Source: Verrucomicrobiia bacterium
GTDB lineage: Bacteria > Verrucomicrobiota > Verrucomicrobiia > CAIQCK01
Assembly (NCBI GenBank): GCA_041667205.1
Contig: JBAYFL010000003.1
Location: 126,325 to 190,324, forward strand
Length of the DNA stretch: 64,000 nt
Direction of reading: 5' to 3'
A program made the translations under genes and the position numbers. Positions 55,382-64,000 of this stretch are shown here, in pieces (within the stretch, counting starts at the first letter, position 1; each line of letters opens with the position of its first letter). The notes below the pieces were generated by a model. That model was not told the origin of the DNA. It did not search any database and saw only the letters and a program-made list of their open reading frames with translations.

Positions 55382-58300
55382 TCACTCCTCGATAATGACG
55401 CGGAAGCCGACGTTGTAGGGGCGCTGCCAGTTGGGGACGGCGAGACGGAAGGCGGAGCGCGCGAACTTGGGGCGCTCATACCAGGAACCGCCGCGGACGA
55501 CTTTGTTGCCGGGGAGGTTGGCGTCGTTGGCACCGGCCCCGTCGCTGTAGGGATAGGGGCGGAAGTTGGTGAGGGTCCACTCGCGGGCGTTGCCGTGCAT
55601 GTTCTTGAGGCCCCAACGATTGGCGGCGAAGGCGTCCACGTCAGCCAGCATCAGGACGCCGTCGTTGAACCGCTCTTCCTTGGGGATGAAGTCCCAGAAC
55701 TTGTCGGGGTTCTTGATCGGCTTCGGGTCCACGCCGCTGACGGCCATGAGGCTGAGGGATTTGTCGCCGAGGTTTTCGAGCACGGAGAAGTCGGTGTCGA
55801 GGGTGCCGTAGTTCATGGCGGTGTCGGTGCCGGCGCGGCAGGCCCATTCCCATTGCGCCTCGGTCGGCAGGGTGACGCGCTTGCCGGTCTTCTGGGCGAG
55901 CCACTGGCAGAACTTCATCGCGCCATCCCACGAGATGCGGATGACGGGCAGCTTCGGGTCGTCCATCGAGTAGCCGGGGTTGACCTGGTCCTTGTAGTGG
56001 CGGTCGTAGTAGCCGTTCTTGTGCGCGGGGTTGAACGCCTGATATTGCGCGAGGGAAACTTCGGTGACGGCCATCCAGAACGGTTTGGCGACGCGCACGG
56101 CGGCGGTGGGCGATTCGTCGGGGAAACCGTTCACGTCGCCCATGACGAACTCGCCGGCGGGGATGCGCTTGAACTTCATCGTCAGGCCGCCGCCGATATC
56201 GAGGGTCATCTCGGTGTTGCCGAGCGCGGCCTGTATCTGCGCGGCTTTGGCGGCGTCGAACGGCCAGTTCTTGGCAGATGGGAGATGGGAGTTGGGAGAT
56301 GGAGTCTTGGCGGGTTCCGGCGCGGGCGGGACGAACGCGAGGCGCTGGGTGTAGTTGACCGGGATCGTTTCGATGTCCTCGTCCACGTTGGCGTAGAGTT
56401 TCTTCATCTCGTAGCGGCGCTTCTCGAAGTTCTTCGGGATCTCGCGCGCCTCGTGCCACGTGCCGTAGCAGGGAACGTTGAGGTCAATCCACGTGATGAT
56501 GCGGTCCCAGGCTTCGGCGTCGAGCTTGACGTTATGGTGGCCCTTCTGGAGCATCTGCACCAGTTCGCTGGTGTTGGCGTGAAACTCAAGCGGCGCGAGG
56601 AGGCTGTAGTCGCCTTCGGGGCCGTTGCGGCGCACGAACGGGTGCAGCGCCAGATACGAAGCGGGCAGCGGCGAGCCAGTGGTGGTGCGGACGATGTTGG
56701 TATCGGCGAAGTTCGGCTGCGTGGCGATCTTGCCGTCGTGGCAGCCGACGCAATACTTGTCGAGCACGGGCTGCACCTCGCGCACGAACGCGAAGCCGCG
56801 CTTCGGGCCGCGCCACGGAGCGGGGACGGATGGCGCGCTGCGCGTGGCATCGCTGGGGTTGAGAGTGAGCGAGTAGTTCTGCTGCTCATGGCAGCCGGTG
56901 CACGAGATGTTTTCGCCTGGCATGCCGACAAACCAGCTACGCATCTGCTGCAGCGCCTTGCCCTCAGCGTCGAGCGGCTGGATGGCGATCGGGATGTTCG
57001 CGGGAATCTCGAAGAACGCCGAACCGTCGGGATGAACCGGCACGGTGCCGATGATCCGCCGCACGTCCCACGGGCCTTCCATGCCGACGAAGTAGTGGCC
57101 GCCCATGTTCCGGTAGGAATACTCATACTGAAAGAGGCGCAGCGACTTGACCGTGCCCGGCGGAACGCCCGCCAACCCGCGGCCCGCGGTGATGTCCTGA
57201 ATGGAAACCGTGGCGGTCTTCTTGTCGAGGTCCACCTTGTCGGGGATGACTGGCGGCGGCGTGGTCTTGCGCAGCGGGATCGGCTCGAACATCGCCTGGC
57301 CCGGCTGCTCTTTCAGCAAGATCATGTTGTCGAAGATGTCCACGAGATAAACGCCCCAATTCGCGCGCGGGTCGGGCTTGCAGGAAACGAGGAACTGTTT
57401 GTCACTCAGCGGGAACGGATGCAGAAACTTCGGCCACGAGTCGTTCACGAGACCATCCTTGATCACCGCCTCGACCGGTTTGCCGTAGCCGGGAATTTTC
57501 TGGACCGCGCCGGCGCCTTCCTGCCGGCCCTTGGAGGCATCGAAGATAACCAGTTCGCCAGCGCGCGCCACGCCGTGATGGCCGGAGATGACCGCGCTGA
57601 ACATCGAGGGCTTGCCCGGCAGCGGCTTGGCGTAGAACATCGAGTTCGGCCAGTAGCTGTTGCTGCCGTAGAACTCCTGCTGGCGCGTGCCGTCCGGGTT
57701 CATGTGCATCATCACACGGCTGAAGTAGTGCGCCGAATCGGTGTATTCCCAGCGCAGATACATGACGCGGCCGTCCTCCATCATGGTGGGATACCAGTCG
57801 TTGTCTTGGTCGAACGTGAGCCGGCGGATGTTGCTGCCGTCGGCGTTCATGATGTGGAGGTTGGCGACGTAATCGCTGCCGCCGACGCACGGCACGCCTT
57901 GGAACGTGGAGCTTGAATCGAAGATGATGCGCCCGTCGGGCAGATACATGCCGTCGTAGTTGTCTATGTCGTCGTATTCGCCGCGCGACACCTGACGGAG
58001 GCCGCTGCCGTCGAGCTTCATTTCGAAAATCTGCCAGCGGTCATTGGAACCGATGGATGAGAACAGGATGCGCTCCCCGTCGAAATGGAGCCGCATGTCG
58101 CCTACGAACACATCTTTCTTCGGTTTGTAGATGCGCTGCAACAAGGGGTTCTTCTCACGGATAGACATCGCAGCAACTTCGTTGACGGTAGCAGGGTTGA
58201 CACTGGAATTGCCCTGCCAGTTTGCGGGCAAGCCGAGCCGGCTGCCGTCGCGCTTGACGAGCAGGATTTTGTCGAAATCAATCACCGGATTATTGATGAT

Positions 58301-59383
58301 CAACGCCTCGCGTTGCAGGCTGTCGCAGCGCGCGCCGAACTCCACGATGGCCTTGTCGTCGCCGTCCGTCAGCGCCTTCTGGATGGCGGGCATCTCCTTC
58401 TCGATGGCGTCGAGCTGTGCGAGGTAAGTCGCGGCGTTCTTGTATTTGTCGGGATAGGTTTTGGCCAAATCCTCGATGGCGAGCCGCATGGCTTTTGTGT
58501 TGAGCGACTTCAACAACACCGTGGAATCTTCGAGTGCCTTCGCCTTGCGCGCGACCGTGAGGAACAGGTCGAGCCAAGCAGAATCGGAAGAAGCGGTCTT
58601 GTTCTTGACCAACTCGTCAAGCCGCGCACTCTCCGCAGTCGCACCGGTCTTGAGCTTCCGCACCATCGAACCAATCACGCCGCGCTCCTGCCCTGCATTC
58701 GCGTCGTCCATGAACCACCGTTGATAACCGGAGAAATACGTCGTGAAGAGCTGGTTCTCATTGCCAAACGTCCCCTCAAGCTTCGCCAGTTCCGTTGAGA
58801 CGACGGGGCCGCTGGAATAGAAGAAGCTGCTGTTCTCATTCGAGCAGTTGATCCTGACCAGCAAATCGTTCTTTCCCTTGGCGAGGTCGAGAGTGATCTT
58901 TGTGCGCGAGTTGTCCGGCTTCTCCTTCGCAAGAACCTGCTTCTGGTTCAGCCAAACCGTGAAGCTGTCCGGACTGCCCAGTTCCACAACAAGCTTCGCC
59001 GGCTCCTTCGAGATGAGGGTGCGGTATGCGTAGGTGGCGTTGTTGGCCGCGCCTTTCACCCACACTGGCTGACCGTCGGTCCAGTTCACCGAGTTCCAGA
59101 GCGACTTCTTGCCACCGGCCAGCTTTGCCTTCAGGTCAACGCATTGTTCCGGCTCGATGTTGACATTGCGGCTCTTCTTCATTGGCCGCAGCGGCTCGGT
59201 GGAAAACCAGTTAAGCTCCTCAACGCCCTTGCGCACGTCCATGACCTGCTGGCGAAGGTTGTGGATGGATTTATTCCATCCAGCCGACACCGGCTCGGCA
59301 GCGTGACCCAACGATGCGAACGCACTCCAACCCATCGCAGCCATCGCCACCAGTGTTGCACCAACACGAACGAATATCTTCAT
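55382..59383 (-). CDS. 1333-aa secreted multidomain protein: N-terminal beta-sandwich, TolB/HzsA-like beta-propeller, two CxxCH haem-c motifs, C-terminal FGE-sulfatase (SUMF1/EgtB/PvdO) domain
   Basis: Signal peptide. Propeller region 'ILFSSIGSNDRWQIFEMKLDGSGLRQVS...RIIFDSS'. 'CTGCHEQ' and 'CVGCHDG'. C-terminus 'RVVRGGSWYERPKFARSAFRLAVPNWQRPYNVGFRV' is the FGE signature. Confidence 0.7.
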   Translation of the reverse strand: MKIFVRVGATLVAMAAMGWSAFASLGHAAEPVSAGWNKSIHNLRQQVMDVRKGVEELNWFSTEPLRPMKKSRNVNIEPEQCVDLKAKLAGGKKSLWNSVNWTDGQPVWVKGAANNATYAYRTLISKEPAKLVVELGSPDSFTVWLNQKQVLAKEKPDNSRTKITLDLAKGKNDLLVRINCSNENSSFFYSSGPVVSTELAKLEGTFGNENQLFTTYFSGYQRWFMDDANAGQERGVIGSMVRKLKTGATAESARLDELVKNKTASSDSAWLDLFLTVARKAKALEDSTVLLKSLNTKAMRLAIEDLAKTYPDKYKNAATYLAQLDAIEKEMPAIQKALTDGDDKAIVEFGARCDSLQREALIINNPVIDFDKILLVKRDGSRLGLPANWQGNSSVNPATVNEVAAMSIREKNPLLQRIYKPKKDVFVGDMRLHFDGERILFSSIGSNDRWQIFEMKLDGSGLRQVSRGEYDDIDNYDGMYLPDGRIIFDSSSTFQGVPCVGGSDYVANLHIMNADGSNIRRLTFDQDNDWYPTMMEDGRVMYLRWEYTDSAHYFSRVMMHMNPDGTRQQEFYGSNSYWPNSMFYAKPLPGKPSMFSAVISGHHGVARAGELVIFDASKGRQEGAGAVQKIPGYGKPVEAVIKDGLVNDSWPKFLHPFPLSDKQFLVSCKPDPRANWGVYLVDIFDNMILLKEQPGQAMFEPIPLRKTTPPPVIPDKVDLDKKTATVSIQDITAGRGLAGVPPGTVKSLRLFQYEYSYRNMGGHYFVGMEGPWDVRRIIGTVPVHPDGSAFFEIPANIPIAIQPLDAEGKALQQMRSWFVGMPGENISCTGCHEQQNYSLTLNPSDATRSAPSVPAPWRGPKRGFAFVREVQPVLDKYCVGCHDGKIATQPNFADTNIVRTTTGSPLPASYLALHPFVRRNGPEGDYSLLAPLEFHANTSELVQMLQKGHHNVKLDAEAWDRIITWIDLNVPCYGTWHEAREIPKNFEKRRYEMKKLYANVDEDIETIPVNYTQRLAFVPPAPEPAKTPSPNSHLPSAKNWPFDAAKAAQIQAALGNTEMTLDIGGGLTMKFKRIPAGEFVMGDVNGFPDESPTAAVRVAKPFWMAVTEVSLAQYQAFNPAHKNGYYDRHYKDQVNPGYSMDDPKLPVIRISWDGAMKFCQWLAQKTGKRVTLPTEAQWEWACRAGTDTAMNYGTLDTDFSVLENLGDKSLSLMAVSGVDPKPIKNPDKFWDFIPKEERFNDGVLMLADVDAFAANRWGLKNMHGNAREWTLTNFRPYPYSDGAGANDANLPGNKVVRGGSWYERPKFARSAFRLAVPNWQRPYNVGFRVIIEE

Positions 59384-59561
59384 AGCTCTGTTCCTGTGCT
59401 CAGAAAAAATCGCGGCATCATTTCCAATAAACCGCCCTCAAGGCGAGCGAAAACCACTGCGACCTTGGTAGGAATCAATAACGACGGGAAGAAATAGCGG
59501 ATGACCTATTCCCAAGGCTGTAGGGCAACCTTGGCGATCCATTAACGCCGCGCTACTTCAA

Positions 59562-61847
59562 CTACGGGTTCAGCTTGTGGGAGTTTTCCCCCACTTGTTT
59601 GCGCCCGGTGATTTCGCGGGCCACGTGAACACTCCCGGTAAGTTTCCCTTCCGAGTCGTGGAGTGGCGTAGTGCTCACGATGAAGTCTCCACCGAGCCGT
59701 TCTTCATGAACCTCTGCAGTGTGTCCAAGCCCATCCGCAAGCAATTGCTTGTGCGGGCAAAAGTCTGGTGGCTGGTCCGTGCCGTGGACAACGCGATAGC
59801 ATCTTTGCCCAACACACTGGGCAGGCGTGACGCCCAATCTGGCCGCCATGGCTTTGTTCGCGCGAACGACTCGATGCTCGCTGTCAATGATGGCAATAAG
59901 GTCGGGCACGGCGTCAAATGTTCGTTCCCAATCCTCCTTGGCGCGACGAACCGTTTCCTGCGCTTCCTTGAGTTCCGTGATATCGCACAGCATGCCTTCT
60001 GTGGTCACCAATTGCCCGGACTCATAAACCGGTATCCAGCGGTCCTCGATGCACTTCAACGTTCCGTCTTTGCAGAGCCACCATTCCTCGTCGCGCACCC
60101 CGACCACTTCCATCGGTTGCGTCTGTAATCGCATCAGGCGGCTCTTTTGCGCCTCAAAATCCCCCTTCTTGATCACCCGCGTCAGAAAGGCCACACGTCC
60201 ACCCTCGTTGTGAATGTCCTCATGTGTGTAGCCAAGCATCTTCTCAAGAGCCGGGCTTAGATAACGGAACTCTCGTGTCCGCATGTCCACGCTGTAGAGC
60301 ACTTCCGGGATGTTGGCGGCGATGCGGCGAAATTTCTCCTCACTCTGACGCAACGCTCCCTCAGCCAGTTTGCGATCGGCAACCTCCCGTTCCAAGTCGG
60401 CGGTGCGTTGCCGCACTCGCAATTCCAACTCGTCCCGCGATCGGCGTAACGCCTCCTCCGCCTTCCTGCGTTGAGTAATATCGCGGGCAGTGGCGAACAC
60501 GCCGCGAACATTGCCGGCCGTGTCTTTACAAAGGGTTGCGTTGTAGAACACGTCCATCAGACAGCCCGACCTGTGTCGGATGGAGAGCAGGCAGTCGGCA
60601 ACCGATCCCTGCGCAAACACCTGCTGATGCACAGTCCGGACTTTATCAGGCTCCGTGAAGTAATTGGAAAACTCCTTCCCAATGAGTTCCTCGCGCGAAA
60701 CTCCGGTTGCCATTTCCGTGGCGCGATTCGCGTCGCTAATCCTGCCGTCGGCGGCGATGGTCACCATCGGGTCCAAGCTGGCCTCAATGAAGCTGCGCGC
60801 ATAGACCACCGTATTGGCCACCTTCTCCTCTGCCTGCTTCCGGCCAGTAATGTCCCGATTGACGCCCACCATGCGCAGCGGGTTCCCTGCGGCATCGAAA
60901 TGAACTTCGGCCCTCATCTGGATCCAGCGGACGCTGTTGTCCGGCCAGATGATTCGAAACTCCGTGTCGAACTGTCCGTTCTTCCGGGCTTGCTCAAATA
61001 CCTCATTTACCGCCTTTCGGTCTCCAGGGTGAATCCGCTGCATCCAATTCTCCCATGTTCCACCCAAGCCGAGTTTGGACACACCGTAGAGCGCCTCCAG
61101 CAGTTCGGAGCAAACCAGTGTGTTCGTTGGGTAAAAGTATTCAAAGTGCCCGATGCGTCCGGCCTTTTGCGAAAGCTCCAACCGTTCGTAACTTCTTGCC
61201 AGCTCTTCCCCTACCCGTTTGCGATCAGCAAGATGCTGGAGGGTCGTGTAGCTGACCCAAGTGAGAAGGACAAGCATCACCATGTTCAGCGCCGTGGTCA
61301 TCAGCGTTGCGAAATGGGCGCTGGTCTTGGATCGCTCCTCGCGCTGATCTAACAACTGCTGCTCTTCATCTTCCATGGCGGTCGTCACCACGCGGATGAG
61401 ATCCATCAACCGCTGGCCTTCTTCAAGTCCATTAAGTCGTGACGCAACTTCGATGCCCTCTTTCTTCAGCGTGCTGATGCAGGTCTGCACGACTTTGATC
61501 TTCGCCAAGATAAGCGGCTCCAGTTTGTCCAGCCGGCGTTGCTGATTTGGCTCGGCTGCGGTCAAGGCGCGCAATACCTTGAGATGTTCGGGCACCCTCG
61601 GCAGCGCAACCTGATATGGCTCAAGAAATACTTCGTTGGTGCTGATGACAAAACCACGCACGCTGGTCTCGATGTTCATCAAGTCGGTCAGCAGACTTCC
61701 TGCGTTTTTCAGCACCTGATGACTGTGGTTGACCGCATCTGTCGTTTTGATGAACTCCGTCGTGCTGCGATAGGAAATGAACCCAATGGCTATCAGCGCA
61801 AGCGCGGCCACCAAAAAACTTCCTATGATTCTCGCTTTGAACATCAT
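59562..61847 (-). CDS. CHASE3-domain sensor with four PAS/PAC domains and no output domain
   Basis: N-terminal TM, CHASE3 ('VRGFVISTNEVFLEPYQ') and a second TM, then four PAS repeats each followed by 'DITxRKQAEE'-type PAC ends. The ORF terminates without HisKA/HATPase/GGDEF. An alternative GTG start lies at 61865. Confidence 0.65.
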   Translation of the reverse strand: MMFKARIIGSFLVAALALIAIGFISYRSTTEFIKTTDAVNHSHQVLKNAGSLLTDLMNIETSVRGFVISTNEVFLEPYQVALPRVPEHLKVLRALTAAEPNQQRRLDKLEPLILAKIKVVQTCISTLKKEGIEVASRLNGLEEGQRLMDLIRVVTTAMEDEEQQLLDQREERSKTSAHFATLMTTALNMVMLVLLTWVSYTTLQHLADRKRVGEELARSYERLELSQKAGRIGHFEYFYPTNTLVCSELLEALYGVSKLGLGGTWENWMQRIHPGDRKAVNEVFEQARKNGQFDTEFRIIWPDNSVRWIQMRAEVHFDAAGNPLRMVGVNRDITGRKQAEEKVANTVVYARSFIEASLDPMVTIAADGRISDANRATEMATGVSREELIGKEFSNYFTEPDKVRTVHQQVFAQGSVADCLLSIRHRSGCLMDVFYNATLCKDTAGNVRGVFATARDITQRRKAEEALRRSRDELELRVRQRTADLEREVADRKLAEGALRQSEEKFRRIAANIPEVLYSVDMRTREFRYLSPALEKMLGYTHEDIHNEGGRVAFLTRVIKKGDFEAQKSRLMRLQTQPMEVVGVRDEEWWLCKDGTLKCIEDRWIPVYESGQLVTTEGMLCDITELKEAQETVRRAKEDWERTFDAVPDLIAIIDSEHRVVRANKAMAARLGVTPAQCVGQRCYRVVHGTDQPPDFCPHKQLLADGLGHTAEVHEERLGGDFIVSTTPLHDSEGKLTGSVHVAREITGRKQVGENSHKLNP

Positions 61848-61917
61848 CTTGTCTGACTCAGACACATACCAAAAATCCCTCGATGCCGCCAGTTATCTCG
61901 CACTGGCCGGCCGTTCT

Positions 61918-62940
61918 CTATTCCAGCGGCTGCGCGCCAACTTTGGCAATCCATTGGCGGGCAAACTCGGCACCGGGAACGCCCACGTCGAGCACTGTGT
62001 TGGCTAGGAAGATCATCTCGTGAATGCGCCCGGCCTTGAGCCACTTCAGACCCAGCTCGCACTGGTGCTGCATCAACTCCTGCGGCACCGGCCGGGCGTT
62101 GTGGTAGTCCCAGATATACAGCCCCAGCGCAATGCGCGCCTTCTTCGGCGCTATCTTCTCCAACGCCGCCATGTTCTCCTCCAGCGCCACCAGCTCGTCG
62201 GAGTTCCACGTCCAGAGCGTAAGCACGTCGAACAGGTCGAGATACTCCGCCAGTGGCGGCTCGCAGCCGCGAAACACCGGCGACGTCGTCTTGCGCGGCG
62301 GCGTGATCTCGTGTGTATAGAGCGTGATCCAGACATCCATCGGCCGGCCGACGGATTTCAACCGCTCGCGGGCCTGCTTTAACTCCGCTGGTTGCAGCGC
62401 GGGGCGGCCGGCGATGCGGCCATCGGGCTGCTTCTTGGCATCTATGATGAAGTCGTCGAGATAGATGCCGCAGATGTTCGGAAACTTCTTGGCGAGTTGG
62501 ATGACGGGCTGCAACTCGCCCAAACCGCCCTTGCCGCCGCTGCCGACGACGGACCAGACGACGCGGTCGAGCGGCTGGAACGACGTGGCGTATTGCTCGA
62601 ACGAACTCTTCGCGCGCCACTGCTGGCTGCCGGGCAGCGCGGGCTGGTCGTGGCTGCGGATGAGCAGCAGGTTCGGCACGTTCAGCCAGAACGCCCCTTC
62701 CGCCGGTGTCATGCGCGAGCCGCCACGGACATTGGCCCGTTCAAGGTAATCGTTGTCGCCGCCGGCGTAGACCGTGAAAATCCAAAACCGATCCCGCACG
62801 GTGTTGCGTTTTGATTTCCCATGCGAAGCCGCCTCCGGTTCCGCCGCACCCGCGCTGCCGGCCATTGCCGTTAATCCCGCCGCCGCCGCGCCGAGTAAAG
62901 TGCGACGGGAGATTGCTGTTTGAGGCTGGTTCTGGAGCAT
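61918..62940 (-). CDS. Tat-signal hypothetical protein (possible TIM-barrel glycosidase-like)
   Basis: 'SRRTLLGAAAAGLTAMAGSAGAA' twin-arginine leader; no motif recognised. Confidence 0.45.
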   Translation of the reverse strand: MLQNQPQTAISRRTLLGAAAAGLTAMAGSAGAAEPEAASHGKSKRNTVRDRFWIFTVYAGGDNDYLERANVRGGSRMTPAEGAFWLNVPNLLLIRSHDQPALPGSQQWRAKSSFEQYATSFQPLDRVVWSVVGSGGKGGLGELQPVIQLAKKFPNICGIYLDDFIIDAKKQPDGRIAGRPALQPAELKQARERLKSVGRPMDVWITLYTHEITPPRKTTSPVFRGCEPPLAEYLDLFDVLTLWTWNSDELVALEENMAALEKIAPKKARIALGLYIWDYHNARPVPQELMQHQCELGLKWLKAGRIHEMIFLANTVLDVGVPGAEFARQWIAKVGAQPLE

Positions 62941-63051
62941 GATCGTCCTCCTTTAATGGCATTCGTTGCTACCGATGATTCGGCGGCAGCGTAGCGCGTC
63001 GCCTGCTTGGCGCAAGCGCAAATGCTGAGGTGTGGAAGAACTCCGTGCGGA

Positions 63052-64000
63052 CTACTTCGCCTTTGCCGGCGTCGTCGGCGCGGGGACGGGTTCCGCCTTG
63101 GCGGGCGCGGCCACGGCGGCAAGGGCAAGGAATCCTTTGGCAACCAACTCGGCGGCTTTGGCGTCGCGGACCTTGCGGTCGGTGCTGCCGAGGACGACGA
63201 TGATGACCCGCTGGCCTTTGCGTTGGGCGGTGACTGCAATGGAGTAGCCCGCCTCTCTGATGTAACCGGTCTTCAGCCCGTCGCAACCTTCAACGGAGCC
63301 GAGCAAATGGTTGTGGGTGCGCATCATGACCATGTGCTTGGGGTCGTTGGGCCGGAACGGACGCTCACGGGCAGCGGTGTAGCGGAGCGTGTCCTTGTGC
63401 TTGAGCAGTTCGCGACAGACGAGGGCGAAGTCGCGCGCCGTGGTGACGTCGTGTTGCTGGCCCGCGCCCGGCGGCAACCCGTGGACAGAGTTGAAGACGG
63501 TGCTGGTCATACCGAGTGCCTGCGCGCGCTGGTTCATCAGCTCGACGAACGCGCCGGTGCTGCCTGCGATTTTTTCCGCGAGCGCAGCGGCGACGTCGTT
63601 GGCCGACTGGATCATGAGGGCGTAGAGCATCTCGTCCATGGCGAACGATTCCTTTTCCGCCAGCCAGACGCGCGAACCGCCGATGTGGGATGCCTTGGCG
63701 CTGACGGGAACCTGATCCTGCATGGTGAACTCCTTCCGCTCGATCTTCTCCAAGATGATGAGCAAGTCCATCAGCTTGAGCATGCTGGCGGGGTAGCCTC
63801 TGGCATCGGCCTTGTCTTCGAAGATGACCTTGCCGGTGGCGGCGTCCACGACAATCGCGCCGAGGTAGGGGTTCTGTGCGATAGAGCGTTTCTTCGTGGC
63901 CGGCGCGGTGGCCGGTCTCTTGCTGGACGGCCTGGAGGCGGCCAACGCGTCCGGTTGCGCCACAGCGATCAATCCTGCAAGTCCGATGAGTAAACAAGTC
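63052..64000 (-). CDS. D-alanyl-D-alanine carboxypeptidase (PBP5/6, peptidase S11), 5' end outside the window
   Basis: 'SMLK' (SxxK), 'SAND' (SxN), 'KTGY' (KTG) triad in the correct order. The frame stays open past 64000, and the signal peptide is partly visible. Confidence 0.8.
   Translation of the reverse strand, partial: TCLLIGLAGLIAVAQPDALAASRPSSKRPATAPATKKRSIAQNPYLGAIVVDAATGKVIFEDKADARGYPASMLKLMDLLIILEKIERKEFTMQDQVPVSAKASHIGGSRVWLAEKESFAMDEMLYALMIQSANDVAAALAEKIAGSTGAFVELMNQRAQALGMTSTVFNSVHGLPPGAGQQHDVTTARDFALVCRELLKHKDTLRYTAARERPFRPNDPKHMVMMRTHNHLLGSVEGCDGLKTGYIREAGYSIAVTAQRKGQRVIIVVLGSTDRKVRDAKAAELVAKGFLALAAVAAPAKAEPVPAPTTPAKAK

Noticed and set aside
55595-57916. 773-aa plus-strand ORF inside the giant minus-strand gene
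   Set aside because: An antisense shadow with a repetitive Arg/Gly/Asp/His-rich translation. The minus-strand protein carries the propeller, CxxCH and FGE motifs.
63007-63993. 328-aa plus-strand ORF over the DD-carboxypeptidase gene
   Set aside because: Antisense to a gene with an intact SxxK/SxN/KTG triad; low-complexity translation.
1-64000. Search for CRISPR arrays, rRNA, integrase/transposase, prophage genes
   Set aside because: No regularly spaced repeats with unique spacers, no rRNA-like conserved stretches, and no recombinase, capsid or terminase motifs in any frame.

Overview
This is a 64-kb high-GC (about 64%) bacterial chromosomal segment, most consistent with a Planctomycetota/Verrucomicrobiota-type genome. 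Evidence for that placement is a prepilin-type N-terminal cleavage/methylation (DUF1559-like, DGH motif) pseudopilin, a PVM-type bacterial microcompartment (BMC) operon, and many signal-peptide glycoside hydrolases and esterases. Core genes include fused indolepyruvate:ferredoxin oxidoreductase, folE, miaB, sucCD, dhaKL, an lsrF-like class I aldolase, a TPP-dependent 2-keto-acid decarboxylase, TatD, tRNA-Val(TAC), cvfB and a PBP5-type DD-carboxypeptidase. Interspersed accessory material is of five kinds. (1) A lower-GC type II R-M cassette: a gamma-class (M.TaqI-like) N6-adenine MTase plus a putative REase. (2) An 11-gene BMC operon (3 BMC-H, 3 BMC-P, class II aldolase, CoA-acylating aldehyde DH, PduL, AckA, one extra class-I-aldolase-like gene) with a divergent DeoR regulator. 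(3) A roughly 45%-GC single-gene islet encoding a nucleoside 2-deoxyribosyltransferase-like (NDT/TIR-fold) protein that looks like a standalone defence effector. (4) A 1333-aa secreted beta-propeller / di-CxxCH / FGE-domain protein and a CHASE3-4xPAS sensor without an output domain. (5) Several heptanucleotide tandem repeats, one of them in-frame-disruptive inside a GT9 glycosyltransferase gene. No rRNA, CRISPR array, transposase or integrase was seen. All family assignments are from motif-level reading of the provided translations; no database search was possible.
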